A DNA stretch of 64,000 bases from Verrucomicrobiia bacterium (GTDB taxonomy: Bacteria; Omnitrophota; Omnitrophia; Omnitrophales; Aquincolibacteriaceae): NCBI GenBank assembly GCA_035495615.1, contig DATJFP010000020.1, forward strand, positions 2,258 through 66,257. The letters are read 5' to 3'. Below the pieces are notes generated by a model. It had not been told where the DNA came from. It was given only the letters and a program-made list of their open reading frames with translations, and searched no databases. How positions within the stretch are numbered: the stretch's first letter is position 1; every line of letters starts with the position of its first letter. The translations under genes were made by a program, and so were the position numbers. Shown piece by piece: positions 8,103-17,178 of the stretch.

Positions 8103-9732
8103 GTTTTTCCTCATTATCGAAGATCATGATTTTGGGAAAATCGTACAGTTCAAGGAGGCAGTTGAAATCGCGGAGCCCCCAAAGCTGGACATTGGCTGTC
8201 TGGGCCATGAGACGGGCGTTCTGATCGATTCCCGCGAGGGCAACAAGGATTTTGGTGCGGATCCGGGTACGCGAACGCTTCACGTCTTCCAGAAAAGCCA
8301 GGATGTCTTCTTCCCGCACGTAATGTTCGGCAATCTGGCAGAGCCAGCGCACGCCCTGCTGGCGCATGATGAGCGAAGGAAACCGGGCATGCCCGGGACG
8401 GTAGTGGATTTCATTGAACTGCGGGCATTTCCATTTCTTGCCGTCGATTTCCACGGCGTCGTTGCGGAATTCCTTGAAAAGCCTCTCCGCATGGACGGAG
8501 ACGAGTGTGTTTTCCTCGTGCTGGATCCTCTCGAAGACTTCCCGGAGAACTTCATGGAGTTCATCCCCCGCCCGTTTTTCGCAGGGCTGGAACTCATGCG
8601 TCTTGCGGGCAAAAACTTCTTTCAGCCAGAAACGGAAGAGCCGGTCTTCGATCGTATAAAAGGTGCCGCGCTTGCGAACGCAGTCTTCCTGAACGAGGCG
8701 CTGAAGGATTTTCTTGGTGTCCGCCATCTTGCGCCCGATAAAACCTGCGATCGCCGCCAGACGGTGCCGGCCCTCGCTGATGGCCAGGAGCGTTTTCAGA
8801 TACGGCGCATTTTCTTTGTTGCCGCGCAGGATGGGAAGCAGCATCTTTTCGAAGAGAAGCGCGATGCGGCCCTTGTGGTCGAGAAGCTCCTCGTGAAACG
8901 CGGTGAACACCAGCCGGTCAGAAACCCACTGGTCCTGTTCCGGAGAAACGTAAAACTTCAGACGGTCCATGAGGAGATCCAGATATAAAGGTTCGCCGTT
9001 GGTCATCGTGATGAAAAACTTCTTCTGCTGACGCGTGAACTGCGTCTTGGGAAAGTGGAAAGCCAGATAATCCGCCGTCTCCTGAAAGTCAAACGCCGTC
9101 AGTTCGATGACCTCGAAATTGGCAAAGAGAAGCGACAGCTTCTCCCGGAAGATCTCGCGGGCCCGTTCCGGATGCGAGCTGGTGACGAGATAGAGCGTGT
9201 TTGTTTCCACCATGATCTCTTTGCCCAGCGCGCCGAAGGGGTCATGCACGGGCAGATTCTCCAGGCACTGGAATTCGTCCAGCATGAGGATGACCTTTTT
9301 GCCGGTTTCCTGGGAAAGGACGCCGGTCAGGGCGAAAAGCTGGCGGGTGGCCTGCTCATGGCTCTCTTTACGGATGGATTTCTGCAGCTGCAGCACCGCT
9401 TCCACCGTCCGCGGGATCAGGCTTTCGCAGGCGGCCAGGAGCGCATTGAAATCGCGCGATTCCAGAGGATGGGCGGCATGGCTCAGGTAGCTCGCGAGGA
9501 CGGACCGCACCCAGCGGTCCACCAGCTGCTCCGAATCGAAGCTTTCGGCGTGGACATAGATGCAGATAAAATCTCGGCACAACGAAAAATCATTGAAGGC
9601 ATCGTGCAGAAGGTGGGTTTTGCCCAGCCCGGAGGAACCGATAATACCCACGTTCTGCCGGTAACCCTGGGAAAATGCGTCGACACGCTTTTTTAATGCA
9701 AGGGAAATTTGATCTCGAGCAAATGTGGACAA
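8056..9732 (-). CDS. Arch_ATPase-type (PF01637-like) AAA+ ATPase with DUF234-like C-terminal region
   Basis: 558 aa. Walker A GIIGSSGLGKTHLL and Walker B ILMLDEF. The architecture matches the widespread ATPase plus DUF234 family. Confidence 0.7.
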   Translation of the reverse strand: MSTFARDQISLALKKRVDAFSQGYRQNVGIIGSSGLGKTHLLHDAFNDFSLCRDFICIYVHAESFDSEQLVDRWVRSVLASYLSHAAHPLESRDFNALLAACESLIPRTVEAVLQLQKSIRKESHEQATRQLFALTGVLSQETGKKVILMLDEFQCLENLPVHDPFGALGKEIMVETNTLYLVTSSHPERAREIFREKLSLLFANFEVIELTAFDFQETADYLAFHFPKTQFTRQQKKFFITMTNGEPLYLDLLMDRLKFYVSPEQDQWVSDRLVFTAFHEELLDHKGRIALLFEKMLLPILRGNKENAPYLKTLLAISEGRHRLAAIAGFIGRKMADTKKILQRLVQEDCVRKRGTFYTIEDRLFRFWLKEVFARKTHEFQPCEKRAGDELHEVLREVFERIQHEENTLVSVHAERLFKEFRNDAVEIDGKKWKCPQFNEIHYRPGHARFPSLIMRQQGVRWLCQIAEHYVREEDILAFLEDVKRSRTRIRTKILVALAGIDQNARLMAQTANVQLWGLRDFNCLLELYDFPKIMIFDNEEKHGAVMGTVAESVYPS

Positions 9733-10039
9733 ACGAGCGTCCCTTTGTTAAGGCCTCAAAGCGGCCGGGGGTTAACGAATCATTTGCTCTTGGGGGAAAA
9801 GGGGCTGTCGGGAGAGGGTCAATCAAAAATATTAAAACAATCGAAAAAAAATCAGAACAGGCCCGTTTCAACCAAACTACGACCCAAAAGGTGGTGTTAT
9901 CTTACGAGTCTCTTGAAGGAAAGCAAGTAATTATTTTTTGCGCCGCGGATTTTTTAAAATTTATTTTGATTTTTTATTTTTTTGCGGAATTCCTCTCGAT
10001 TTTTCCTCGAACAGGATGTGCTAAACTTGAAATGAACTC

Positions 10040-10747
10040 ATGAAAAAACAAAAAAAAGTTTTCCCCATCCCCTTCGGCCGCGTCTTCCTGAGCCTCACTC
10101 TGTTCGCGGTTTGTTTCTGTCCTGCCGCGCACGCCTCTTCCGTGATCGCGCAGATGATCGCGGCGTCAAAATCCGTCGTCTCCGTGGACGTGGAGGCGGG
10201 CGGCGTGGATCCGGGCAAGCTGCGGGCATTTCAGTACAAGACTTCCGGCGGCGGAATCATCGTGGATCCTTCGGGAATCATCGTGACCAACGCCCACGTC
10301 CTGCAATGGGCCATGCAAATCACCGTAAAGTTTTACGACGGCTCCCGGCTCCCAGCGGAAATCCTGCATGCCGAGCCGGGCGAAGACCTGGTGTTCCTCA
10401 AAGTCCAAATCGATAAGCCCCTGCCCGCCTTAAGCCTGGGCGATTCGGATGCGGTTCAGCTCGGGAACAGGGTCTATTCGGTAGGAAGCTCGGATCTTCT
10501 GCGGCAAACCATCAGCGAAGGCGAAGTCACGGCCCTGGGCCAAAAAAAGAACCGCGCTGCCGGTGATCCCGGCAACGCGGTGCTTCAGATCAGTTTCAAA
10601 CTTTATCCCGGAGACAGCGGCAGCCCCGTGCTGAACGAGAGGGGCGAGGTTGTGGGAATCACCGCGGCCGGCCAGACTTCCGGGTCGCAGCAGACGTTCG
10701 CCATTTCTTCCAACACCATCCGCAAATACTTATCGAAGCTGCCTTGA
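10040..10747 (+). CDS. Secreted trypsin-like serine protease (S1 family, no PDZ domain)
   Basis: Signal peptide, catalytic His (TNAHV), Asp, and Ser in GDSGSPV. 235 aa. Confidence 0.85.
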   Translation: MKKQKKVFPIPFGRVFLSLTLFAVCFCPAAHASSVIAQMIAASKSVVSVDVEAGGVDPGKLRAFQYKTSGGGIIVDPSGIIVTNAHVLQWAMQITVKFYDGSRLPAEILHAEPGEDLVFLKVQIDKPLPALSLGDSDAVQLGNRVYSVGSSDLLRQTISEGEVTALGQKKNRAAGDPGNAVLQISFKLYPGDSGSPVLNERGEVVGITAAGQTSGSQQTFAISSNTIRKYLSKLP

Positions 10748-10753
10748 GTCCGG

Positions 10754-11485
10754 TCAGGACTGGGACGGCGCCGGAGCGGGAGCTTCGGGAGCGGGCGCCT
10801 GCGCGCCTTCCGGAGCTTTTCCGGCATCCACCGCAGGAGCCTCGGCCGGCGTTCCCGGAGTTCCCTCGGGAGCGCCCTGGGCGCCCGCCTGAGCGGCCGC
10901 GTTCTTATACATTTCATTGACGTCGATAATACGCGTGTCTGCGGGAATTTCGAACAGCGAATCCGCCACGTCGCCGCCGATCTGGATTTTTTCCAGGTCA
11001 ACGCGCAGCAGCCCTTCCGGTGCTTCGATCTCGATGCGGACCGGGAATCCTTTTTCCTGCCAAACCCAGGCCCGGGCATTCTTCTGGGTCATGGGATCCA
11101 CGAATTCGTACAAGTCGGTCTGCACGCCGTTCATGGTTTCCGTATTCTTTTTGACCGCGTTATTCTTGGCCAGAAATCCCGTGTAATCGTCCAGGTGGTC
11201 GAGAAGCGTCGGTTGATCTTCGACCGGAGGCAGTTTCAGGGCCGCCTTCTGCTCTGACGAATAGCGGAACGTCCCCTTGTCATTGCGCACGATGATTTCG
11301 GACTGCCCTTCCATCAAGAACTCAGTCCTCACCTTTTTGTCTTTGGAATAAACCCGGAAATGGGCCACGGGTTTGTCACCGACGGATATCGTTTCTTCAT
11401 AGCTCCCCGTAAAAGCAGCAGCCATGCGGGGCCCAAGCACGCACGACACAATCGCGAGGGCCAGGATCAATTTTGCTGATTTCAT
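10754..11485 (-). CDS. Secreted hypothetical protein with Ala/Pro-rich C-terminal tail
   Basis: Signal peptide MKSAKLILALAIVSCVLG. Globular domain followed by a low-complexity AP-rich tail (APEGAQAPAPEAPAPAP). Confidence 0.6.
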   Translation of the reverse strand: MKSAKLILALAIVSCVLGPRMAAAFTGSYEETISVGDKPVAHFRVYSKDKKVRTEFLMEGQSEIIVRNDKGTFRYSSEQKAALKLPPVEDQPTLLDHLDDYTGFLAKNNAVKKNTETMNGVQTDLYEFVDPMTQKNARAWVWQEKGFPVRIEIEAPEGLLRVDLEKIQIGGDVADSLFEIPADTRIIDVNEMYKNAAAQAGAQGAPEGTPGTPAEAPAVDAGKAPEGAQAPAPEAPAPAPSQS

Positions 11486-11494
11486 AAGGTCTCC

Positions 11495-11857
11495 TTAATT
11501 CGCCTGTTTTAACTTTTGAATGTTTTCGATGCAGGCTTTCATGGCCTGCTGAGCATTTTGGACGTCCGCGGGGGCCGCATAATTCGGTCCAAGCGACTGG
11601 TAAATGTTGGCGGCCTGTTCGAACATCTGTCCCGCCTCGACAAAAAGCGAGATCGCCACTTGACGGCCTTCCGCGGTGGGATTGGACTGAGCCGTTTCGG
11701 TGGCCTTTTGCATGAGCTGGGCCGCGGCCATGACCTGGCTGTTCGCCTGCTCTTTCATGGCGGCAGGATCGACAGCCCGTAAAGGGGATGAAAACAGGAA
11801 GAGAAATGCCAGGAGGGGCGACAACTTTTTGATCATACGCATCCTTTCGATTTGCAA
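11495..11857 (-). CDS. Small secreted alpha-helical hypothetical protein
   Basis: 120-aa ORF. The likely start at MIKKL gives the signal peptide LSPLLAFLFLFSSPLRA. No recognisable domain. Confidence 0.5.
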   Translation of the reverse strand: MQIERMRMIKKLSPLLAFLFLFSSPLRAVDPAAMKEQANSQVMAAAQLMQKATETAQSNPTAEGRQVAISLFVEAGQMFEQAANIYQSLGPNYAAPADVQNAQQAMKACIENIQKLKQAN

Positions 11858-12009
11858 AACCTGATAAAGCTGTTTCGCTTGTCGTGGGAATTATAGCATA
11901 GGCGGGATGCGGGTCTAGAGAAACGGCGGGAAAAGGAAAACCCCGGGGCTTTCAACCGCAAGACCCCCCATCCTGCGATCAAAAGATTCCCGGGGCTTTC
12001 CAAAAAGAC

Positions 12010-12507
12010 TTACGAGACTTTGGCGGCCTGCAGCGCAGGAGCGAAATTACCGGCGCGGGCCAGAAACTCACGCACGTCCAGAGGGCTTTCCATTTTGCGA
12101 AGTTCGCTTGCCCAGAAAGAATCCGAAAAGAACTTATGGGCTTCCCTCAAAATCTGCCCCTTCACTTTCCGCGTTTCCGCGCTTTCCTCAGGCAGGAGAA
12201 GGACAAACATGACGTGCACGGGTTCGCCGTCCAGCGCCTGAAAATCAATGCCCTCGGGGCTGATTCCCAGCAAAGCCTGCGGTTCGGTGATGTCTTCCGA
12301 AAAAGTATGCGGAAGAGCCACGCCGTACCCCATGGCGGTCGTTCCAAGGGTCTCACGGGCCAACAGAAGCTTCTGGAGATTCTTCTCGGTTCCCGCTTCC
12401 TGTTTCCAATCCGATACACCTTCGAGCAAAAGGGAGAAGGCTTCCTTCGGATCCGCGGCTTTTATGCCGGTCTTCACAACGGCTTCATGCAGCAAATGTT
12501 GGAACAT
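12010..12507 (-). CDS. ptsN: PTS EIIA(Ntr)-type nitrogen regulatory protein (PtsN-like)
   Basis: 165 aa. The fructose-type EIIA fold motif with the active-site histidine (YGVALPHTFSE) is conserved. Confidence 0.75.
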   Translation of the reverse strand: MFQHLLHEAVVKTGIKAADPKEAFSLLLEGVSDWKQEAGTEKNLQKLLLARETLGTTAMGYGVALPHTFSEDITEPQALLGISPEGIDFQALDGEPVHVMFVLLLPEESAETRKVKGQILREAHKFFSDSFWASELRKMESPLDVREFLARAGNFAPALQAAKVS

Positions 12508-12835
12508 GCGCTCTCCTTTCCTGGTTGCGGCGGATTCTTTCCTGGCTTACAAGGTGACGCTTCCAGCGGCGGCGGGCAAAACGGAGTTCGAGTTTGTGCT
12601 GCCGCAGCATGTCCCGGAGATCGAAATCAGATTCCCCGGCCTCGGAAAGACCCTGCTGAAGGTAAGAGAGAGAAACGCGGACGGTATCGAGCTGCCGCAA
12701 TTTTTTCTCAATAAAATTCTTAAGTTCGAGAGCTTCGTCCGTATAGGCACCGGCGGAGACGCTTCGGTTTAAATCCTGATATTCGGCTGTGATCCTTTGG
12801 AAAAGCGGCTCTAACAATTGATTCGTGATTTTCAT
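12485..12835 (-). CDS. Hypothetical alpha-helical protein upstream of ptsN
   Basis: 116-aa ORF in the operon position where hpf is often found. It does not match Hpf motifs. Its 3' end overlaps the ptsN start by 23 nt. Confidence 0.4.
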   Translation of the reverse strand: MKITNQLLEPLFQRITAEYQDLNRSVSAGAYTDEALELKNFIEKKLRQLDTVRVSLSYLQQGLSEAGESDFDLRDMLRQHKLELRFARRRWKRHLVSQERIRRNQERRAHVPTFAA

Positions 12836-12920
12836 GGATTCACTCCCTCTACGTCTCTAGGTGCACGTGCTAAAGCCCAACATAAAGGCTTTAAATTGTA
12901 TGCGAATGTTAGCAAATGGA

Positions 12921-12950
12921 AGATTAAAGACAGATTAAAAACAGATTAAA
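12921..12950. promoter_or_regulatory. Three direct repeats of AGATTAAA phased at 11 bp
   Basis: AGATTAAA at 12921-12928, 12932-12939 and 12943-12950, followed by a T-run. They lie in the intergenic region about 85-115 bp upstream of the 12835 start and downstream of the kinase gene. Confidence 0.4.
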
Positions 12951-12972
12951 TTTTTTTAAGAAGTCAGAAGCT

Positions 12973-14457
12973 TCAGGCGGGAAGGGGTAAATCCACGAGC
13001 ACGACGGTGCCGTGAGGGGCACGGCTGTCGATATGAAGGTTTCCGCGGTGGGCGTCACAAATAACTTTGGCAATCGCCAGACCAAGTCCGGCGCCTTCGT
13101 GGGTCCTGGCCTGGTCCGTCCGGTAAAATCTTGAAAAAACTTTCTCTCTCATGGAAGGGTCGATGCCCATTCCATTATCCAGCACCTCGACGCGGGCCAA
13201 GGCGCCGTGCTTTTCGAGTTTTAATTCCACGCCCCCGCCCTGGGGAGTGAACTTAATGGCGTTATCCACAAGGTTGCTGAAAAGTCGCTTCAAATATATC
13301 TCGTCCCCTTCGATTTCGAGGTCCGGAGAAGGCGCGACTTTCATGTCGACTTGTTTTTCGTGGGCGCGTTCGCCGAATCTCCGGGCCACGTATTCCAGGA
13401 CTTCGCGCAGGCTCACCCTTTTTTTCTCGAATTGCAATTGATTCGAGTCGCTGCGCATGAGGAGGAGCAGGTCGTCGACGAGGCGGATGAGGCCGTTCAC
13501 TTCCCCTTCGATCACGCGCAGGGTTTCGACGAGCGCTTCGGGAGTCCGCGACTTGCGCAGCGCCAGATCAATCTCGCCGCGGATGATGGCCAGCGGGGTT
13601 TTCAATTCATGCGACACGTCCGCGCTGAATTCCTGGACGGTTTTGGTGGACAGGGCGATGCGGTCCATCATCTCGTTGAGCGTCCCGGCCAGGCGGTCCA
13701 ATTCATCGCCCGCGTGAGAACGTCCCAGACGGCCCTTCAGGTGGGCGGCCGTGATTTGCCGGGCGTTTTCGATCATGAGGTCGATGGGACGAAGCGTGCG
13801 CCGCGCGAGAAACCAGCCCGCGACTCCGGCGGCGGCCACGGCCACAGGAATCCAGATGATCATGATGAAGTCAAGCCGGGCGAGCGTCGCCTGCACGTCC
13901 TGGAGCGGATAGCCGGCTTCGATGACGAACAGCGGGTGTTTGCGGACGTCCACGCGGTGATAATAAAGACGCACGGGTTTTTTGCGGAAATGGATCGTCT
14001 GGTACGATCTCCCCTGCTCCATGAAAGAAGAATCCCGCTCGAAATCCGGGAAGATGACTTCTCTCTCCCATCCTTTGAGGTTGGAGATGACCAGAGACTT
14101 GTTCACGCAAAGGATGCGCACGATGAGATCCGAGCGGCCGAGAAGCTGTTCCGATCTTTCCCATTCCTTGATCAGATTGGCGACGCGCCCATGCTTTGCC
14201 GTGTCGCCCGCGCTTCCGGCTGCGGGGAAAAGCACGTCTTCCTTTTCCTGGCCTTTTTCGGCAAGGTCGCGCCAATACACGCTCAGGGAATCATCGATGG
14301 CGACCGCCTGCTTGAAAAGGCTGCTGTCAGCGTCCCGATACAGCGCGCGCGAAAGCTCGGAGCGCATCCAGAACGCGAAGAGGGCGAGAAACACGGTGAG
14401 GATGAGAGCGTACCAGAGCGTCAGCCGGAATTTGACCGTGCGGAAAAAGGCCGTCAT
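12973..14457 (-). CDS. Two-component sensor histidine kinase (CusS/BaeS-like; periplasmic sensor, HAMP, HisKA, HATPase_c)
   Basis: 494 aa with two TM segments flanking a periplasmic domain. H-box FSADVSHELKTPL. N, G1 and G2 boxes (DNGMGI, GLGLAI). Confidence 0.9.
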   Translation of the reverse strand: MTAFFRTVKFRLTLWYALILTVFLALFAFWMRSELSRALYRDADSSLFKQAVAIDDSLSVYWRDLAEKGQEKEDVLFPAAGSAGDTAKHGRVANLIKEWERSEQLLGRSDLIVRILCVNKSLVISNLKGWEREVIFPDFERDSSFMEQGRSYQTIHFRKKPVRLYYHRVDVRKHPLFVIEAGYPLQDVQATLARLDFIMIIWIPVAVAAAGVAGWFLARRTLRPIDLMIENARQITAAHLKGRLGRSHAGDELDRLAGTLNEMMDRIALSTKTVQEFSADVSHELKTPLAIIRGEIDLALRKSRTPEALVETLRVIEGEVNGLIRLVDDLLLLMRSDSNQLQFEKKRVSLREVLEYVARRFGERAHEKQVDMKVAPSPDLEIEGDEIYLKRLFSNLVDNAIKFTPQGGGVELKLEKHGALARVEVLDNGMGIDPSMREKVFSRFYRTDQARTHEGAGLGLAIAKVICDAHRGNLHIDSRAPHGTVVLVDLPLPA

Positions 14458-15131
14458 GAATCACTGATGCGATAGCCCGTGCCGCGCAAGGTCTCGATGC
14501 GGCTTTTCTTCCTCGAACCGTCGATTTTCTTCCGGAGGAAATTGATATAGACGTCGATCGTGTTGCTCATGGGATCGAAGTGCAGGTCCCAGACGTGCTC
14601 GGCGATTTGCGAGCGCGTGACCACCTGCCCTTTCCGGCGCACGAGAAATTCGAGGAGCGCGAACTCCTTCTGAGAAAGAGCAATTTCTTCGCTCCCCGCA
14701 TAGACGCGGTGGCTGACGAGGTCAAGTGTAAGATTGCCTGCCTTGAGCTGCGTCTGTTCTTTTAATTCGCGCGGACGGCGCGCCAGCGCCCTCAGCCGCG
14801 CCAGCAGCTCGTCAAAGGCAAACGGCTTGGTCAAATAATCATCCGCGCCCTGATCCAGGCCTTTGATTTTGTCTTCGATCCGGTCATGCACGGTCAGCAT
14901 CAGAATCGGAACACGGGAGCCGGACTCGCGGATTTTCCCGCACAGCGTGAGCCCGTCCATCTTGGGCAGCATCCAATCCAGGATGACGACGTCGTATTCG
15001 TTGACCGAGGCGTATTCCCATCCTTTTTCGCCGTCATCGGCGATGTCCACGGCATAGCCTTCCTCTTTGAGGCCGCGCTGGATGAAACTCGACATTTTTT
15101 TCTCGTCTTCCACGACAAGGATCCTCATCAC
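14454..15131 (-). CDS. OmpR-family response regulator (CusR/CopR-like)
   Basis: REC domain (ILVVEDE ... DVVILDWMLP) and winged-helix C-terminus (LTLDLVSHRV ... RGTGYRI). Overlaps the kinase gene by 4 nt. Confidence 0.92.
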   Translation of the reverse strand: MMRILVVEDEKKMSSFIQRGLKEEGYAVDIADDGEKGWEYASVNEYDVVILDWMLPKMDGLTLCGKIRESGSRVPILMLTVHDRIEDKIKGLDQGADDYLTKPFAFDELLARLRALARRPRELKEQTQLKAGNLTLDLVSHRVYAGSEEIALSQKEFALLEFLVRRKGQVVTRSQIAEHVWDLHFDPMSNTIDVYINFLRKKIDGSRKKSRIETLRGTGYRISDS

Positions 15132-15997
15132 TCCGCTCCTTCCGGATCATAATGGACGGTGACGTCCGCGTTCGGGTAGGTCTGCTTGATGTGCGAAATC
15201 AAGGACTCCGTCAACCCATGGGCCTTGGCAAAATCTTTTTCCGAGCGGATCTCGATGTGAAAATCCACGAAGATCTGCTCGCCGACCCTCCGCCCCCGGA
15301 AATTATGGATGCCCACGATGCGGTTGTCATGAGCAAAAATAATTTTTTCGATGCTGGCGCGCTCTTCCGTGTCCAGGCTCCGGTCGAGCAGCTCGTCCAC
15401 GCACCGCTTCAGGATTTTCGACGCATTCCAGAAAAGATAGCCGCTCACGACAAATGAAAGAAGGAGGTCCCATGCGGAGACGCCCGTCACCTGAACCAGC
15501 GCGAGCGCCGCGATGATCGCCACGCCCGTCCAAAGGTCCCCCGAATAATGAAGGGTCTCGGTTTCCAAGATGTGCGATTTCCCGCTTTTAGCGGAAGCGC
15601 TCAAAAAACCACTCAGAAAAAAAGTCACGAGCAGTGAAACCGCCATGGCCAGGATGCCCGCGGGAATTCTTTCCAGGGCTGCCCCGGAAGCCAGGCGTCG
15701 GAACGATTCGAAGATGAGAAAAAGGCCCGTGGCCATGACCAGCAGGCTTTGGAAAAGGCCGGCGAGACTTTCGATCTTACCGTGGCCGTATTCGTGATGC
15801 TCGTCAGGCGGCTTGACCGCTTCGCGCGCGGCCAGCAGATTAATGAAGGACATGCCCACGTCCGTCAGCGAATCCACGGCCGAGGCCAGGATGGCCATGG
15901 AAGATGTGGCCATGCCCACGATGAATTTAAAGACGACCAGGCAGCACGAAACAACCACGGCGATTTCCAGCGGCTTCGTGGTACTGTTTGTTTTCAT
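15128..15997 (-). CDS. Cation diffusion facilitator (CzcD-like) metal efflux transporter
   Basis: 289 aa with six TM helices and a C-terminal cytoplasmic domain. Typical CDF motifs SLTDVGMSFINL and HEYGHGKIE. Confidence 0.9.
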   Translation of the reverse strand: MKTNSTTKPLEIAVVVSCCLVVFKFIVGMATSSMAILASAVDSLTDVGMSFINLLAAREAVKPPDEHHEYGHGKIESLAGLFQSLLVMATGLFLIFESFRRLASGAALERIPAGILAMAVSLLVTFFLSGFLSASAKSGKSHILETETLHYSGDLWTGVAIIAALALVQVTGVSAWDLLLSFVVSGYLFWNASKILKRCVDELLDRSLDTEERASIEKIIFAHDNRIVGIHNFRGRRVGEQIFVDFHIEIRSEKDFAKAHGLTESLISHIKQTYPNADVTVHYDPEGAE

Positions 15998-17109
15998 GCC
16001 TTGGCACCGCCTTTGGCCCGAAACCGCCGCAGCTCCACGGGCTGCTTTCCCGTCACGATCATTTCGGCCAAAAGGCTGCCGAGATAAGGCCCCAGAAGAA
16101 TGCCGCTGCGGAAATAGCCGGTGGCGAAATAAAGATTCTTGATGTGCGGATGTTTTCCCAGAATCGGTTTATCGCTGTAAGGACGAAGGCCTGCCCAGGA
16201 CCTCTCGATTTTCATGTTCCGGACCGATGGTAAGATCCGGTCCAGGCTCCGCAGGATGGAATGGACGCCTTGGGCCGTGACCTCCGCCTTATGGCCGACG
16301 AACTCGACCGTAGAGCCCGCAAGGTAGCGCCCGCCTTCCCAAGGAACGATGTAGCCTTCTTTCACGGAATGCAGGATCGTCGATAATTTGGAGCGTCCTT
16401 TCAAAATCAGGATTTGGCCGCGAGCCGGTTCCACGGGAAGAAAGGCGCTGAACAAATCTTTGGAGCGGCTCCAGCTGCCCGCGGCATTGACTACGACCGG
16501 TGCCCGGTAAACGCTCCCTCCGGCCTTCACGAAAAACGTGCCGTCCGGCAGGCGTTCGAGCCGCGGCGCTTTTCCGGTCTTCAAGATGCGGACGCCGAGC
16601 TTGCGGGCATAGGCGGTCACGGCCTTCATCATTTTGCCTGGGTGAATGCGCGAGACCTCGCGGTAAAAAACACCCGCCTTCACCTCCGAAGCCAGCTCCG
16701 GATGCAGGCGGTGCAATTCCGCGCTTTCCTGCCAATGCGCGCCCAACGGCAATTTCCGCTGCCATTCGTATTTTTTTCTGAGGCCGGCCGTTTCCGCGCG
16801 GTCCAGCGCGACGTACAGGACTCCGCTTTTTTTGTAGCCGGCCTTCAAGCCGGTTTTTTTCTCGATCTCGCGGATGAAAGAAGGGAAACCCCGGAAGGCT
16901 TTCATGGTCAGCGGCAGCATGGGGCTGCCCCGGTCAAGCCCGAGAAAGGGATTCAGAATGCCCGCGGCGCGGGGCGAAGCCTCGCCTTCCAGGTCCCGGC
17001 CCACAACCAGCACGCGCTTGCCCTTTTTAGCCAAAGCCATGGCCACGCCGAGCCCGGCGATACCGGCCCCGAAAATCAAAACGTCTACTTTGTTTGGCTG
17101 AGAAGGCAT
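15994..17109 (-). CDS. FAD-dependent oxidoreductase (glycine oxidase ThiO / D-amino-acid oxidase family)
   Basis: N-terminal dinucleotide-binding motif VLIFGAGIAGLGVA; DAO-family length and motifs. First gene of the four-gene operon. Confidence 0.8.
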   Translation of the reverse strand: MPSQPNKVDVLIFGAGIAGLGVAMALAKKGKRVLVVGRDLEGEASPRAAGILNPFLGLDRGSPMLPLTMKAFRGFPSFIREIEKKTGLKAGYKKSGVLYVALDRAETAGLRKKYEWQRKLPLGAHWQESAELHRLHPELASEVKAGVFYREVSRIHPGKMMKAVTAYARKLGVRILKTGKAPRLERLPDGTFFVKAGGSVYRAPVVVNAAGSWSRSKDLFSAFLPVEPARGQILILKGRSKLSTILHSVKEGYIVPWEGGRYLAGSTVEFVGHKAEVTAQGVHSILRSLDRILPSVRNMKIERSWAGLRPYSDKPILGKHPHIKNLYFATGYFRSGILLGPYLGSLLAEMIVTGKQPVELRRFRAKGGAKA

Positions 17110-17178
17110 GACCGCTCCTTAAAGGAGTAAGTATATCAAAAGAAGGGAAGTTTACGAAGGGCTTGAGTCTGAGGAAGG

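Noticed and set aside
11935-12000. Two copies of CCCGGGGCTTTC in the ptsN-downstream spacer
   Set aside because: They are direct repeats containing a self-palindromic CCCCGGGG core. No stable stem-loop with a proper loop and U-tract could be drawn, so they were not called a terminator or a repeat element.
12485-12835. Possibility that the ORF upstream of ptsN is the ribosome hibernation factor Hpf
   Set aside because: The sequence lacks the conserved Hpf/YfiA N-terminal beta-alpha motif (MxIxIxGxxxxxTxALRE) and is predicted all-helical. It is kept as a hypothetical protein only.
17115-17127. Perfect palindrome CTCCTTAAAGGAG overlapping the SD of the FAD-oxidoreductase gene
   Set aside because: It would form only a 5-bp stem with a 3-nt loop, too weak to call an SD-sequestering regulatory hairpin. 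It most simply reflects the AAGGAG ribosome-binding site.
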